From positions 73,079-137,078 of the forward strand of contig CAVXSL010000012.1 in assembly GCA_963764435.1 (NCBI GenBank): a stretch of DNA of 64,000 bases, in the 5' to 3' direction. The notes below the pieces were generated by a model. It worked only from the letters and a program-made list of their open reading frames with translations. It made no database searches and was not told the origin of the DNA. A program made the translations under genes and the position numbers. Origin of the DNA: an uncultured Actinomycetota bacterium (GTDB taxonomy: Bacteria > Actinomycetota > Actinomycetes > Actinomycetales > Microbacteriaceae). The stretch's first letter is position 1; each line of letters starts with the position of its first letter. This document shows positions 13,902 to 24,499 of the stretch, piece after piece.

Positions 13902-14354
13902 CTACTTCGCGGCGATCACCTGGAGCGTGATCGTGGCCGAGACCTCGTCACGCAGGCGAACGGTCGCCTCATGCTCGCCGATCGCCTTGATGGGCGTCGG
14001 GATCTCGATCTTGCGCTTGTCGAGCTCACCGAGGCCGGCCGCCTCGACCGCGTCCGCGACATCCGCCGTCTTGACCGAGCCGAAGAGTCGGCCACCGAGG
14101 CCGGCCTTGACGGCCAGCCTGACCTTGCCTGCCTCGAGCTTGGCCTTCAGTGCCTGCGCGTCCTCGAGCGAGTGCAGCTCGCGAGCCGCGCGGGCGGCCT
14201 TGATCTGCTCGACCTGCTTCTGGCCGCCGCGGGTCCACGGCGTGGCGAAGCCCTGGGGAACCAGGTAGTTGCGCGCATAACCGTTCTTGACCTCGACCAC
14301 GTCGCCGGCAGAGCCGAGGCCGGTGACCTCGTGCGTGAGAATTACCTTTGCCAT
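13902..14354 (-). CDS. rplI: 50S ribosomal protein L9
   Basis: [35 protein letters not shown]...; conserved rpsF-ssb-rpsR-rplI context. Confidence 0.95.
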   Translation of the reverse strand: MAKVILTHEVTGLGSAGDVVEVKNGYARNYLVPQGFATPWTRGGQKQVEQIKAARAARELHSLEDAQALKAKLEAGKVRLAVKAGLGGRLFGSVKTADVADAVEAAGLGELDKRKIEIPTPIKAIGEHEATVRLRDEVSATITLQVIAAK

Positions 14355-14365
14355 TGTCGTGCTCC

Positions 14366-14626
14366 TTAGCGGCCGGAGCCCGAGTAGGGCAGGAGTGCCA
14401 TCTCGCGCGCGTTCTTCACGGCACGGGCGATGAGGCGCTGCTCCTGCACGGAGACACCGGTGATGCGACGGGCGCGGATCTTGCCGCGCTCCGAGATGAA
14501 CTTGCGGAGGGTGGCGACATCCTTGTAGTCGATGACGCCGACCTTGATGGACTTCGCCGGTGCGGCGTTCTTCGCGCCCTTCCCGCGGCTCGGCTTGCGG
14601 CGATCGCCGCTTGACTTTCCAGCCAT
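14366..14626 (-). CDS. rpsR: 30S ribosomal protein S18
   Basis: ATG 14626. [20 protein letters not shown]...[33 protein letters not shown]. Confidence 0.92.
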   Translation of the reverse strand: MAGKSSGDRRKPSRGKGAKNAAPAKSIKVGVIDYKDVATLRKFISERGKIRARRITGVSVQEQRLIARAVKNAREMALLPYSGSGR

Positions 14627-14693
14627 TGGTTTTCCTGTCTTGGTGTTGATGTGGGTTGAGGGGCGCACGGCGCCGTCTCGAGGCCCTGAAGTG

Positions 14694-15206
14694 TTAGAAG
14701 GGAGTCTCGTCGCCGTAGCTCGTGCCCGGCGTGTTCCAGACGTCGCCGCCGCCGCCCGACTGGGCCGCGGGTGCGCTGGGCGCCCACGCGTCATCGGACT
14801 GGCCGCCGCCTCCGTAGGAACCGCCGCCGACGCCGCGGCTGGACGGTGCACGCGTCACGGACGCGGTGGCGTAGCGCAGGCTCGGGCCGATCTCGTCGAT
14901 CTCGAGCTCGATGGTGGTGCGCTTCTCGCCTTCCTTCGTCTCGTAGGAACGCTGCTTGAGACGCCCGGAAGCGATGACCCGGGAACCCTTGGTGAGTGAA
15001 CCCGCGACGTGCTCGGCGAATTCACGCCAGACGCTCGCGCGCAGGAACAGCGCTTCACCGTCCTTCCACTCGTTCGCCTGGCGGTCGAACGTGCGGGGCG
15101 TGGACGCGATGGTGAAGTTGGCAACCGCGAGCCCGTTCTGCGTGTAGCGCAGCTCGGGATCTGCAGTGAGGTTGCCCACCACGGTGATGATGGTCTCGCC
15201 GGCCAT
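14694..15206 (-). CDS. ssb: Single-stranded DNA-binding protein
   Basis: OB-fold N-terminus [25 protein letters not shown], a Gly-rich linker and an acidic tip DETPF. Confidence 0.95.
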   Translation of the reverse strand: MAGETIITVVGNLTADPELRYTQNGLAVANFTIASTPRTFDRQANEWKDGEALFLRASVWREFAEHVAGSLTKGSRVIASGRLKQRSYETKEGEKRTTIELEIDEIGPSLRYATASVTRAPSSRGVGGGSYGGGGQSDDAWAPSAPAAQSGGGGDVWNTPGTSYGDETPF

Positions 15207-15211
15207 GAGGA

Positions 15212-15658
15212 CTAGGCGTCCTTCGCTTCGGCAGGCTCAGCGCGGCGCTTGGCCTCTGAGGCTGGGGCGGATGCCGCGGCAGCGGCTTTCGCGCCGGCCT
15301 TCGCCGAAGCGGCGGCCTTCTTGGCGGCCTTCTCCTCCTGGGCCTTGGCGTGCGCGGCGACCTGGGCGATGGCCTCCTCGGCGCGGAGCACCTTCGTGCG
15401 CATGACGGCCTCGCTGAGGTTCAGCTGGCGGTCGAGCTCATTGGTGGTCGCCGACTCGGCGGTGAAGTCCACGACGGCGTAGATGCCCTCGGACTTCTTG
15501 TTGATCTCGTAGGCCAGACGACGGCGTCCCCAGATGTCGATCTTGTCGATCGTGCCGCCATCGTTTCGGATGACGTTGAGGAACTTGTCAAGGCTGGGAG
15601 CAACGGTGCGCTCGTCGATCTCGGGATCGAGGATGACCATCAGCTCGTACTGGTGCAT
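15212..15658 (-). CDS. rpsF: 30S ribosomal protein S6 with an Ala/Lys-rich C-terminal tail
   Basis: ATG 15658. [30 protein letters not shown]... Confidence 0.92.
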   Translation of the reverse strand: MHQYELMVILDPEIDERTVAPSLDKFLNVIRNDGGTIDKIDIWGRRRLAYEINKKSEGIYAVVDFTAESATTNELDRQLNLSEAVMRTKVLRAEEAIAQVAAHAKAQEEKAAKKAAASAKAGAKAAAAASAPASEAKRRAEPAEAKDA

Positions 15659-15660
15659 GA

Positions 15661-15711
15661 CTAACCCACCTCCTTCGGACTGAACGGTTGCAGGCTCTCT
15701 GCAACAGGAGG
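15661..15711 (-). promoter_or_regulatory. Candidate rpsF 5' leader structure that sequesters the Shine-Dalgarno
   Basis: Minus-strand RNA: CCCUCC (anti-SD; plus-strand GGAGG 15707..15711), hairpin GUUGCAG/CUGCAAC (15687..15693 with 15699..15705), then GGAGG (plus-strand CCTCC 15669..15673) 10 nt before the ATG. Confidence 0.4.
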
Positions 15712-15951
15712 GTTGTGCATACGTCGCCCGAGGAGGCCGCACTACGGCGCACGGGCAACCTGTCAATGGTAGCGGATGCCGCCCCGGCGCGCCATTCGGC
15801 CTACTCCCCCGCTTCTCCGCTCCCCGCCCACTTGCTCGCCCCCGCACGCTCCCCGCCCCACTCCCCCGCCTCGCCCTCTCCCCCCGCCTCGCCCTCTCCC
15901 CCGCCGCCTCATGGATCGCCGAATGTTGCCGTTCCGCGCGAACTGCACCCT

Positions 15952-16929
15952 TCAAACGGCCGCATCCGCCCCGAACGGCAACACTCGAGGCCGCGTCGCA
16001 CGACCGAGCGGAATACCTGCGTCGGCGAGCTCGCGGGCGAGCGCGACCGGGCGCATGGCGATCGGCCAGTCCCACCTGGCGCCGAACGGACGATGCTTGC
16101 GGATGCGGTTCTCCCGGGCCTTCTCGTCGGCGACCACCTCTTGGATCGAGCGCCCCCGAGTGAACTCCTCCTTCACGTATTTCCCGAGCCCGTCGAACTC
16201 TCCGAACGCGCCGTACTCCGGCCAGTCGAAGTCTGTGACGTCCACGCCGCCGTCGCCGCGCCGGAACGAAACCTGCAAGAGCGGCGGCGGACAACCGAGC
16301 ACGTGCATGTGGGCCCGCGAGACGGACTCCCCGGGCGAACCCGAGTCACCGCGAGCGAAGCCGATCGCCACCCGCGCCCGGGCGACACCCCGGCCCGGAC
16401 CCACGTCGTCAAGTCGCGCGAGCAGGCCCTCGACGTCGACGGGTGGCGCACCGACGGCCTTCGCCGTGATGCCGCCCACCACGTGGTCGAGAGCAGCGAC
16501 TGCGGAGGCGAACGGCAGCGTCCGGGCGAGGTCGAGCGCGGTCCGCGCGAACGAGGTCACGAGGAAGCCATCGCGCTCGACGACGTCCTCATCATGGAGC
16601 CGATCATGGTGCCACACGACGCCGTGCTTCGAGCGTGCGCTCGGACGACCCATGGCCGCGAGGTGCACGGCGCCGAGGTGCGGGCCGACGACGGGGATGC
16701 CCCAGATCGTCGCAGCGCTCACATGACTCAGCACAGGACGCGATCGCCTCGTCGCGACCGCCGCGTCGATCCGGAGCCGATACCGCGCCGGGTACGTCGC
16801 CGCCTCCCACGCCGACGCATCGGTGTAGACCCCGCGACGGATGCGTTGCAGGGTTCGCCGATCGAGCGAACCGTCTTCGCCGAGTCGTCGCAGCTCCCGC
16901 ACGAGAATGAGCCCTGGTACATCCTCCAT
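15952..16929 (-). CDS. Hypothetical protein: AbiEi-like N-terminal domain plus a DUF559/Vsr-like endonuclease-fold C-terminus (family recalled, not verified)
   Basis: 325-aa ORF. C-terminal pattern [23 protein letters not shown] resembles PD-(D/E)xK DUF559 proteins common in actinobacteria. Confidence 0.5.
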   Translation of the reverse strand: MEDVPGLILVRELRRLGEDGSLDRRTLQRIRRGVYTDASAWEAATYPARYRLRIDAAVATRRSRPVLSHVSAATIWGIPVVGPHLGAVHLAAMGRPSARSKHGVVWHHDRLHDEDVVERDGFLVTSFARTALDLARTLPFASAVAALDHVVGGITAKAVGAPPVDVEGLLARLDDVGPGRGVARARVAIGFARGDSGSPGESVSRAHMHVLGCPPPLLQVSFRRGDGGVDVTDFDWPEYGAFGEFDGLGKYVKEEFTRGRSIQEVVADEKARENRIRKHRPFGARWDWPIAMRPVALARELADAGIPLGRATRPRVLPFGADAAV

Positions 16930-17165
16930 CTCCGAAGGATGGCTCGTGTGTCATTCGAAGGGCGCCGAAGTCCGACTCCTATGGTTCCACCGGCCGACGA
17001 TCCACGGTGTCGAGGACGGGTCGAGCCCACACCCGCAAGGCGAATGTGCCCGTTCGGCCCGAATGTGGCCGTGAGAGGAGGCCGGTTCAGCTCGAACGGG
17101 AACAGTCGGGGCCTGAGCGGCGGTCGGACTCGTTGCGCGCCGCCCACCACGGGAACAGTCGGGCG

Positions 17166-18608
17166 TCAGCGGCCGTCGGACTCGTCGCGCGCCGCCCACC
17201 AGGCGAGCAGGCGCTCGCGTGCGGCATCCGGCCCGATCGGGCCCTCGTCGAGGCGCACGTCGAGCAGGTAGCGGTACGCCTCGCCTACCACCGGCCCGGG
17301 TTTCACCTCGAGCAGTGCCATGATCTGCTCGCCGTCGAGCTCGGGACGCACCGCGGCGAGCTCCTCCTCCTCGGCGAGCACGGCGATGCGCTCCTCGAGG
17401 TCGTCGTAGGCGAACCCGAGGCGGTCGGCCTTACGGCGGTTGCGGGTCGTGACATCCGCCCGGGTGAGGATGTGCAGGCGCTCGAGCTGGTCGCCGGCGT
17501 CGCGCACGTAGCGGCGCACGGCGGAGTCGGTCCACGCGCCGTCGGTGTATCCGAAGAACCGCAGGTGCAGCTCGATGAGCCGCGAGACGTCGGCGATCGT
17601 GTCGTTGTCATAACGCAGCGCGCGCAGGCGCTTGCGGGCGAGCTTCGCGCCGACGAGGTCGTGGTGGTGGAACGACACCGCACCGCCCGGCTCGAGCCGG
17701 CGCGTCGCGGGCTTGCCGATGTCGTGCAGCAGGGCCGCAAGCCGCACGACGAGGTCGGGGGAGTCGAGGTTGCCGCGGCTCACCTCGTAGTCGATCGCCT
17801 GCTCGAGCACGGTCAGCGAGTGCTCGTACACGTCCTTGTGGTGGTGGTGCTCGTCGACCTCGAGGCGCAGCGCCGGCACCTCGGGCAGCACTCGTTCGGC
17901 GAGTCCAGAGTCCACGAGCAGCCGGATGCCGCCGACCGGCGCCTCCGTCAGCAGGAGCTTCGACAGCTCATCGCGCACCCGCTCGGCCGAGATCCGGTCG
18001 ATCTCGGGTGCGAGCGCGGTCATGGCGGCGCGCGTGCCCGGCTCGACCTCGAACCCGAGCTGGGCCGAGAAGCGTGCGGCGCGCAGCATCCGGAGCGGGT
18101 CGTCGCCGAACGACTGCTCGGGCGTGGCCGGCGTGCGGAGCGTCGTCGCCAGCAGGTCCTCCACGCCGCCCGACGGGTCGACGAGGGCGAGTTGCGGCAG
18201 GCGCAGGGCGAGCGCGTTGACGGTGAAGTCGCGGCGGACGAGGTCGTCCTCGAGGCTCCTGCCGAACACCACCTCGGGCTTGCGGGACGCGCCGTCGTAG
18301 GCGTCGGCGCGGTATGTCGTGATCTCGACGGTCTCGCCGGCGACCTTCGCGCCGATCGTGCCGAACGCACGGCCGATGTCCCAGTGGGCCTCGGCGATGG
18401 GCTTCACGATCGCGAGGATCTCGTCGGGCGTGGCATCCGTGGTGAAGTCGAGGTCGTTCGTGTCACGGCCGAGGAACGCGTCGCGCACGGGGCCGCCGAC
18501 GAGGGCGAGCTCGTGCCCGGCGGCCTCGAATGCCGTGGCGAGCGTCGCGACGGTCGGCGAAGCGGCCAGCTCGCCCAGTCGGTCGAGGGCCGCTGCGACA
18601 CTCTGCAT
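17166..18608 (-). CDS. cca: CCA-adding tRNA nucleotidyltransferase (HD-domain type)
   Basis: GGPVRDAFLGR...DLDFTT polymerase-beta motif; HD motif LLHDIGKP; 480 aa. Confidence 0.9.
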   Translation of the reverse strand: MQSVAAALDRLGELAASPTVATLATAFEAAGHELALVGGPVRDAFLGRDTNDLDFTTDATPDEILAIVKPIAEAHWDIGRAFGTIGAKVAGETVEITTYRADAYDGASRKPEVVFGRSLEDDLVRRDFTVNALALRLPQLALVDPSGGVEDLLATTLRTPATPEQSFGDDPLRMLRAARFSAQLGFEVEPGTRAAMTALAPEIDRISAERVRDELSKLLLTEAPVGGIRLLVDSGLAERVLPEVPALRLEVDEHHHHKDVYEHSLTVLEQAIDYEVSRGNLDSPDLVVRLAALLHDIGKPATRRLEPGGAVSFHHHDLVGAKLARKRLRALRYDNDTIADVSRLIELHLRFFGYTDGAWTDSAVRRYVRDAGDQLERLHILTRADVTTRNRRKADRLGFAYDDLEERIAVLAEEEELAAVRPELDGEQIMALLEVKPGPVVGEAYRYLLDVRLDEGPIGPDAARERLLAWWAARDESDGR

Positions 18609-18693
18609 CCCCCCATGCTAGGCGCGGCCGAGTTCCTGCTCACACTGTGGACGCCGAGCGGATGCCCCGATCCCACGCCGTAGAATCGCGTGC

Positions 18694-21056
18694 ATGGAGG
18701 CCGAGTCGAACCCTGCGCATCAGCGCGCCGACTCCTCCACCCGACGCCCGCGCCGTCGCACGCGACTGGGGCTCGCGGGCCTCATGGTCGCCGCACTGGC
18801 GGGTATCGCCGCTTCGCCGCTCGCAGCGAATGCGGGAGTCGATCCGGCCGCCGGCCTGCAGGCCGTGCTCGGTCTCGCGGGTGCCGATGGCGGTGCGGCG
18901 GGCTCCGACGCAGTGAAGTCCGGACCCAGGCAGGCCGTCGATGACGAGGAAGGCGGACTGCGAGTCCGCGTCTCGCCGACGATCGACACCACCGTTTCGT
19001 TCGGAGCGCCGGTGGCGATCTCCGTCGAGATCGAGAACGCGACCGGCGAGGCGCTCGCGCCCGGCGTCGTTCGCCTCGTGCGCGCCGCCACGCCGATCGA
19101 CGACGAAGCCGAGCTCGACAACTGGCTGGTCGAGTCCCAGGAGGGCTCGGGCATCACGTCCTCGACCGTCCCGCTCGGCGAGAGCGAGTCTCGCAGCCTC
19201 ACCCCGGGCGGAGCGACCGTCGTGTCGTTCACGGTGCCGGGCGCGGCGTTCGCCGAGCTGTCCGCGTCGCCGGTCGTCGGTCTCGGCGCCGAGCTCATGA
19301 TCGAGGGCGCCGTGGTGACCACGAACACCGCGGCGTTCGCCAACGCCGACGTCCCGGCAACCGGTGCGGTGGCGGTGACCCTCGCAGCGCCGCTCACCAC
19401 ACCGACCACGGGTACGGCATCCGGGCTGATAGCGCCCGACCAGCTCGAGAACTGGACGAGTCCCACCGGCCTGCTCACGCGCCAGCTCGACGCGCTCGCC
19501 GGACGGCGCGTGGCGATCGGCGTCGACCCGCGCATCATCGCCTCCATCCGCGTCCTCGGGTCGAGTGCACCCGCCTCTGCCACGGCCTGGCTCGGGCGCT
19601 TGGCGAACCTGTCCAACGAGCTGTTCCCCCTCTCCTACGCGGACGCCGACGTGGCCGTGCAGGCCCAGCTCGACCTGCCGTCCATGCTCGCGCCCACGTC
19701 GTTCTCCGACGTGATCGATCCATCGAACTTCACGGCCCGGGCGGGCGACGAATCGGCCGACGCCGTGGATGCGGCCGGGCTCGCCGCCACCGAGGAGGCC
19801 ACCGCGCCCGCCGAGCCACCGCGCCCGCCGAGCCCACCGAGCCCGAACCGACCCCGGGCCAACCCCCGACCACGGACGAGCTCCTCGCGTGGCCCTATAC
19901 GCGTACCGACGTCGCGTGGCCGGCCGACGACACCGTCGCTGCGAGCGACCTCGAGTACTTCGACGCATCCGGGCTCACGACATCCCTGCTCTCGCCCGGC
20001 AACGTGGAACCCGTCACTGGTGCGATGTCCTCGTCGGCAACCATCGACGGCTCCACCGCTCTCGTCGCGGACTCGGGTCTCACGGAACCCCTTCGGGCCG
20101 CGGCCGCTGCGGCGACCGACACCGAATGGCGTGAGGCCACCGGCCAGGCGCTCGCCGAGCTCGCGCTTTACGCGGGTTCGGCGCGCACCACCGTGCTCGC
20201 GACGTTCGATCGGGGCTCCACCCTGCAGCCGGCCCGCGTCACCGCGATCATCGACGAGATCGGCGGGTCCACCTGGTCGTCGCTCGCGGGGCTCGCCGAT
20301 GCGATCGGCGCTCCGCCCGTGGCACGGATGCTGATCAGCGAGCCCGAGTCCGACCAGCGGCGTGCCTCGGTCGCGCGCATGGTCGAGACCGAGGCCCAGC
20401 TCGCCGGGTTCGCGACGGTGCTCGACGACCAGACGCTGATCACCGGCCCGACCCGGCGCGAACTGCTCTCCCTCCTCGCCGTGGGATGGCTCGACAACAG
20501 CGAGACCTGGGACGCGGCGGTCGGGGACTGGCTGGCCGCTCAACGGAGCGTGCTCGGCGGCGTCTCCGTCGTGCCGAGCAGCACGATCAACGTCGTATCC
20601 ACGGAAACCGGCGTGCCGACCACCGTCGAGAACACGCTTCCGTATCCCGTCACCGTCGTCGTCGACGTGGACCCGTCCAACGGCCGCCTCATCGTGGAAG
20701 ACCAGCGCGAGGCGACGGTCGAGCCGCAGTCGCGCTCCACGGTCGTCGTGCCGGTGGCGGCTGGGGTCGGCAGCGGCGAGGTCACGCTCGAGGTCTCGCT
20801 CTCCTCCATTTCCGGAGTGCCCATCGGCACCCCCATCCAGATCCCCGCCAACGTGCAGGCCGACTGGGAGGGATTCGGTGCCGCCGTCCTCGGCACCATC
20901 GTGGTGCTCGTGTTCGGGCTCGGCGTGTGGCGCAACATCCGACGTCGGCGCCGGGAGCGCGCCGCGGCATCCGCTGTCGAAGACCAGAGCGAGGCGACGC
21001 CCGATGAGCACCAGGAACCGGCAACCGATGACCGGGTGGGCCCCACCCGTGCCTGA
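18694..21056 (+). pseudogene. Large secreted, C-terminally anchored protein conserved upstream of murJ (DUF6049-like, from memory), disrupted by a 17-bp tandem duplication
   Basis: Signal peptide at the N-terminus (ORF 18694..). After 19832 the sensible frame moves to that of ORF 20004..21056 (...EPTEPEPTPGQPPTTDELLAWPYTRTDVAWPADD...). C-terminal TM segment plus an RRRRRER stop-transfer. Confidence 0.7.
19799..19832 (+). repeat. Perfect 17-bp tandem duplication CCACCGCGCCCGCCGAG x2
   Basis: Copy 1 at 19799..19815 and copy 2 at 19816..19832 are identical. Removing one copy joins the two halves of the gene in frame (...ATAPAEPTEPEPTPGQ...). Confidence 0.9.
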
Positions 21057-22677
21057 CGACCGTATCGGCCGCGCGAGCGTATTCCTCGCGTCGGGCACCA
21101 TCGTCTCCCGCGTCCTCGGCTTCGTGAAGACGATCGTGCTCGCAGGCACGATCGGTCTCATCGGCTCCGGTGGTGCGGATGCCTTCGCGATCGCCACGCA
21201 ACTCCCGAACATGCTCTACGCGATCGTCGGCGGAGGCCTGCTGTCGGCCGTCCTGGTGCCGCAGATCGTGAGGGCGAGTCGAGCCTTCGACGGAGGCGAG
21301 GCCTACATCAACAAGCTCGTCACCGTCGCCCTCGTGCTGATCGCCACGGCGGCGGTAGTCGCGACGCTGCTCGCGCCGCTCCTCACGCTCCTGTACGGCT
21401 CACGGCTCAACGAGTCGACCCGTGAACTCGCCACGCTCTTCGCGTTCTGGTCGCTGCCGCAGGTCTTCTTCCTCGGCATGTACTCGGTGCTCGGCGAGGT
21501 ACTGAACGCACGGCGGTACTTCGGCCCGTTCACGTGGGTGCCCGCGCTGAACAACGTGGTCGGCATCGCCGGCATGCTCGTCTTCGCGTGGATCTTCGGC
21601 GCCGACCCGAACGGGGATCGTGCACCCGGCGAGTGGACGAGCGGCATGATCGCACTCCTCGCCGGCTCCGCGACGCTCGGGGTTGCGACCCAGGCGCTCG
21701 TGCTGTTCTGGTTCTGGGGCCGGGTCGGCCTCCGCTACCGTCCCGACTTCCGCTGGCGAGGAGTCGGCCTCGGGTCCGCGGGCAAGATGGCCAGCTGGAC
21801 CCTCGGCATGCTCCTGCTCACGACTTTCGCGGGCATCGTCGAGACGAACATCGCCGGCCAGGCGTCGAACAGCGGCGAGGACGCCTCGATCGCGGCGCTC
21901 AACAGCGCCTGGCTCATCTTCATGCTGCCCCACTCGGTGATCACGGTGTCGATCGCGACCGCGTACTTCACCCGCATGAGCGAGCACGCCGCCGATGCGG
22001 ACCTCGATCGCGTCCGCTCCGACTTCTCGAGCGCGCTTCGGGGAATCGGCTCGATCATCGTGATCGCCGCTGCCGTGCTGATCGTGGTCGCCTACCCCTT
22101 CGGCGCGGTGTACTCGCCGGGCGTGTTCGACCACATCGTGGCGTTCGGCAACGTCGTCATCGCCTATCTGATCGGACTCTCGGGCTTCTCTGCCCTCTTC
22201 GTCGTGCAGCGCACCTTCTACTCGCTCAACGACACTCGCACCCCGTTCTTCTTCACCCTGTTCCAGGTCGTGCTGTTCACCGGTGGGGCGCTGTACGCCG
22301 CGACACTCCCCGACTCGCAGATCGCGGTCGCCATCGCGCTCACCACCACGATCGCAGGCACGTTCCAGCTGCTCCTCGCCGCCTGGCTGCTCCGGCGGCG
22401 CCTGCACGGCATCGACGCCCGGCGCATCCTGACGTCGTACGGCAAGTACCTGCTGGCGGCGATCGTCCCTGTGGTCGCAGGCGCCGGCCTCCTCGTCGCG
22501 CTCGGCGGAACGACGCCCGGCGGGTTCGCGCTCGAGACGCAGGTCGGCGCGATTCTCAGCATGGCCGTCATCGCAGCCGTCATGTGCGGGTTGTACTTCG
22601 GCACGCTGTGGTTCGCGCGTGTTCCCGAGTTCCGCGGCTTCGCCGAATCGGTGATTCAGCGCCTGCGCCGCCGATGA
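21004..22677 (+). CDS. murJ: Lipid II flippase MurJ
   Basis: ORF 20878..22677, ATG 21004. RASVFLASGTIVSRVLGFVKTIVLAGTIG and about 14 TM segments. The start could be slightly further downstream. Confidence 0.88.
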   Translation: MSTRNRQPMTGWAPPVPDDRIGRASVFLASGTIVSRVLGFVKTIVLAGTIGLIGSGGADAFAIATQLPNMLYAIVGGGLLSAVLVPQIVRASRAFDGGEAYINKLVTVALVLIATAAVVATLLAPLLTLLYGSRLNESTRELATLFAFWSLPQVFFLGMYSVLGEVLNARRYFGPFTWVPALNNVVGIAGMLVFAWIFGADPNGDRAPGEWTSGMIALLAGSATLGVATQALVLFWFWGRVGLRYRPDFRWRGVGLGSAGKMASWTLGMLLLTTFAGIVETNIAGQASNSGEDASIAALNSAWLIFMLPHSVITVSIATAYFTRMSEHAADADLDRVRSDFSSALRGIGSIIVIAAAVLIVVAYPFGAVYSPGVFDHIVAFGNVVIAYLIGLSGFSALFVVQRTFYSLNDTRTPFFFTLFQVVLFTGGALYAATLPDSQIAVAIALTTTIAGTFQLLLAAWLLRRRLHGIDARRILTSYGKYLLAAIVPVVAGAGLLVALGGTTPGGFALETQVGAILSMAVIAAVMCGLYFGTLWFARVPEFRGFAESVIQRLRRR

Positions 22678-22688
22678 ATCGCTGCGGG

Positions 22689-22730
22689 GCTGCGGCCCCT
22701 CGGGGCTGCACCGCCGCGGGGCCGCAGCCG
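22689..22730 (+). terminator. Stem-loop after murJ (12-bp perfect inverted repeat, no U-tract)
   Basis: GGCTGCGGCCCC 22689..22700 pairs with GGGGCCGCAGCC 22719..22730. Begins 12 nt after the murJ stop. Confidence 0.4.
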
Positions 22731-22851
22731 GCGCTGCGCGTCGCGTGCCGCGCAGGCGCTGCGGCGTCGCGTGCCGCGCGGGCGCAGCCTCGGCCTCGCG
22801 GAATAGTCGCCGCCTAGACTGTGTTCACCATGTCGGAACGTCCGGAGGCTC

Positions 22852-23889
22852 ATGTTCCACGGGTCATCCGGAATTCACGAAGCCGCGGTATCACATGCGA
22901 CGACAGGAGAGGTGTTGCGCGACATCATCATCATCGGCTCTGGCCCGGCCGGTTTCACGGCTGCGATCTATGCCGCGCGCGCGGAGCTGAAGCCCCTGCT
23001 CATCGCAAGCTCTGTCGAGATCGGCGGCGAGCTGATGAACACCACCGAGGTCGAGAACTACCCGGGCTTCCCCGAGGGAATCATGGGCCCCGACCTGATG
23101 GCGAAGTTCCAGGCCCAAGCCGAGCGGTTCGGCACCGAGGTCGTCTATGACGACGTCGTGGAGCTCGAGCTCGACGGCCCCGTGAAGCGCGTGAAGCTCG
23201 GCAACGGCGAAACCCACGAGGCCGCGGCGCTCATCTATGCGACCGGCTCGGCGTATCGCAAGCTCGGCCTTCCCGAGGAGGAGATCCTCTCGGGACACGG
23301 CCTGTCGTGGTGCGCCACGTGCGACGGATTCTTCTTCCGTCAGAAGACGATCGCGGTCGTCGGCGGCGGCGACTCCGCGATGGAGGAGGCCTCGTTCCTC
23401 ACTCGCTTCGCCGACAAGGTCTACGTGATCCACCGCCGCGACGCGCTGAAGGCGTCGAAGATCATGCAGCAGCGCGCGTTCGACAACGAGAAGATCGAGT
23501 TCATCTGGAATGCAGAGGTCGCCGCCATCCACGGCGCTTCCGCGGTCTCCGGTGTGACGCTGCGCGACACCGTGACCGGCGAGGAGCGCGGACTCGACCT
23601 CGACGGCCTGTTCGTCGCGATCGGCAACGACCCTCGCACGCATCTCGTCCACGGGAAGCTCGAGCTCACGCCCGAAGGCACCATCGCGGTCGTGGGCCGC
23701 ACGTCGAAGACGTCGGTGCCGGGCGTGTTCGCCGCCGGCGACGTCATCGACCCGTACTACCGACAGGCGGTGACTGCGGCGGGATCCGGCACGGTCGCCG
23801 CGCTCGACGCGGAGCACTACCTCGCCGCCCTCGGCAACGAGGCGGCAGCCGAGGCACTGCTCGAGGACGAATTCGTCGCGGTCGAGTGA
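22852..23889 (+). CDS. trxB: Thioredoxin-disulfide reductase
   Basis: IIIGSGPAG, redox CATCDG, GGGDSAMEEA. An alternative start at GTG 22912 would give the usual short N-terminus. Confidence 0.93.
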   Translation: MFHGSSGIHEAAVSHATTGEVLRDIIIIGSGPAGFTAAIYAARAELKPLLIASSVEIGGELMNTTEVENYPGFPEGIMGPDLMAKFQAQAERFGTEVVYDDVVELELDGPVKRVKLGNGETHEAAALIYATGSAYRKLGLPEEEILSGHGLSWCATCDGFFFRQKTIAVVGGGDSAMEEASFLTRFADKVYVIHRRDALKASKIMQQRAFDNEKIEFIWNAEVAAIHGASAVSGVTLRDTVTGEERGLDLDGLFVAIGNDPRTHLVHGKLELTPEGTIAVVGRTSKTSVPGVFAAGDVIDPYYRQAVTAAGSGTVAALDAEHYLAALGNEAAAEALLEDEFVAVE

Positions 23890-23948
23890 CCCGGCGCGAT
23901 ATCCGCTCCAGCCGCGCGACATCCGCTTCACCCTAAGGAGAAACGCAA

Positions 23949-24272
23949 ATGACTGCACGTGCAGTGAACGAGGCCACCTTCGAGCAGGAGGTCCTCAAGA
24001 ACGACAAGCCCGTCGTCGTGGACTTCTGGGCCGAGTGGTGCGGCCCGTGTCGCATGGTGAGCCCGATTCTCGACCAGATCGCCACCGAGCACTCCGAGAA
24101 GCTCGACATCGTCAAGCTCAACGTCGACGAGAACCCCGGCCTCGCGATGAAGTACCAGATCACCGCGATCCCCGCGTTCAAGGTGTTCCAGGGGGGCCAG
24201 GTCGTGAAGACCGTCATCGGCGCCAAGCCGAAGCCTGCCCTGGAGGCTGACCTCGCCGCCTACATCTCGTAG
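23949..24272 (+). CDS. trxA: Thioredoxin
   Basis: WAEWCGPCRM active site; 107 aa. Confidence 0.95.
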   Translation: MTARAVNEATFEQEVLKNDKPVVVDFWAEWCGPCRMVSPILDQIATEHSEKLDIVKLNVDENPGLAMKYQITAIPAFKVFQGGQVVKTVIGAKPKPALEADLAAYIS

Positions 24273-24296
24273 TCGGACGATTCGCACGCGCATCGA

Positions 24297-24328
24297 GACC
24301 CGCCTGGCACACGCCGGGCGGGTCTTTC
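24297..24328 (+). terminator. Rho-independent terminator after trxA
   Basis: GACCCGCC 24297..24304 pairs with GGCGGGTC 24317..24324, followed by TTTC. Confidence 0.65.
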
Positions 24329-24499
24329 GCGTATCCGGCCCGTCCTTGGTCGAACCCGCGCCGTACTCGTACTGCAGGCCAAGGTGCAGACACGGCACCG
24401 GATGCCCGACCGCCTGCGCTGCCGCACACGGCTGCCCCCGCGCACGAGCGGCGCGAACCCCAGCAACTAGCATGAAATCCTGAGCAGAACGGAACCGAA

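Noticed and set aside
22739-22786. Imperfect 26-bp direct repeat (GCGTCGCGTGCCGCGC...) after murJ as a functional element
   Set aside because: It has only two copies, is very GC-rich and low-complexity, and overlaps a generally repetitive GC tract. The evidence goes no further than the nearby stem-loop already listed.
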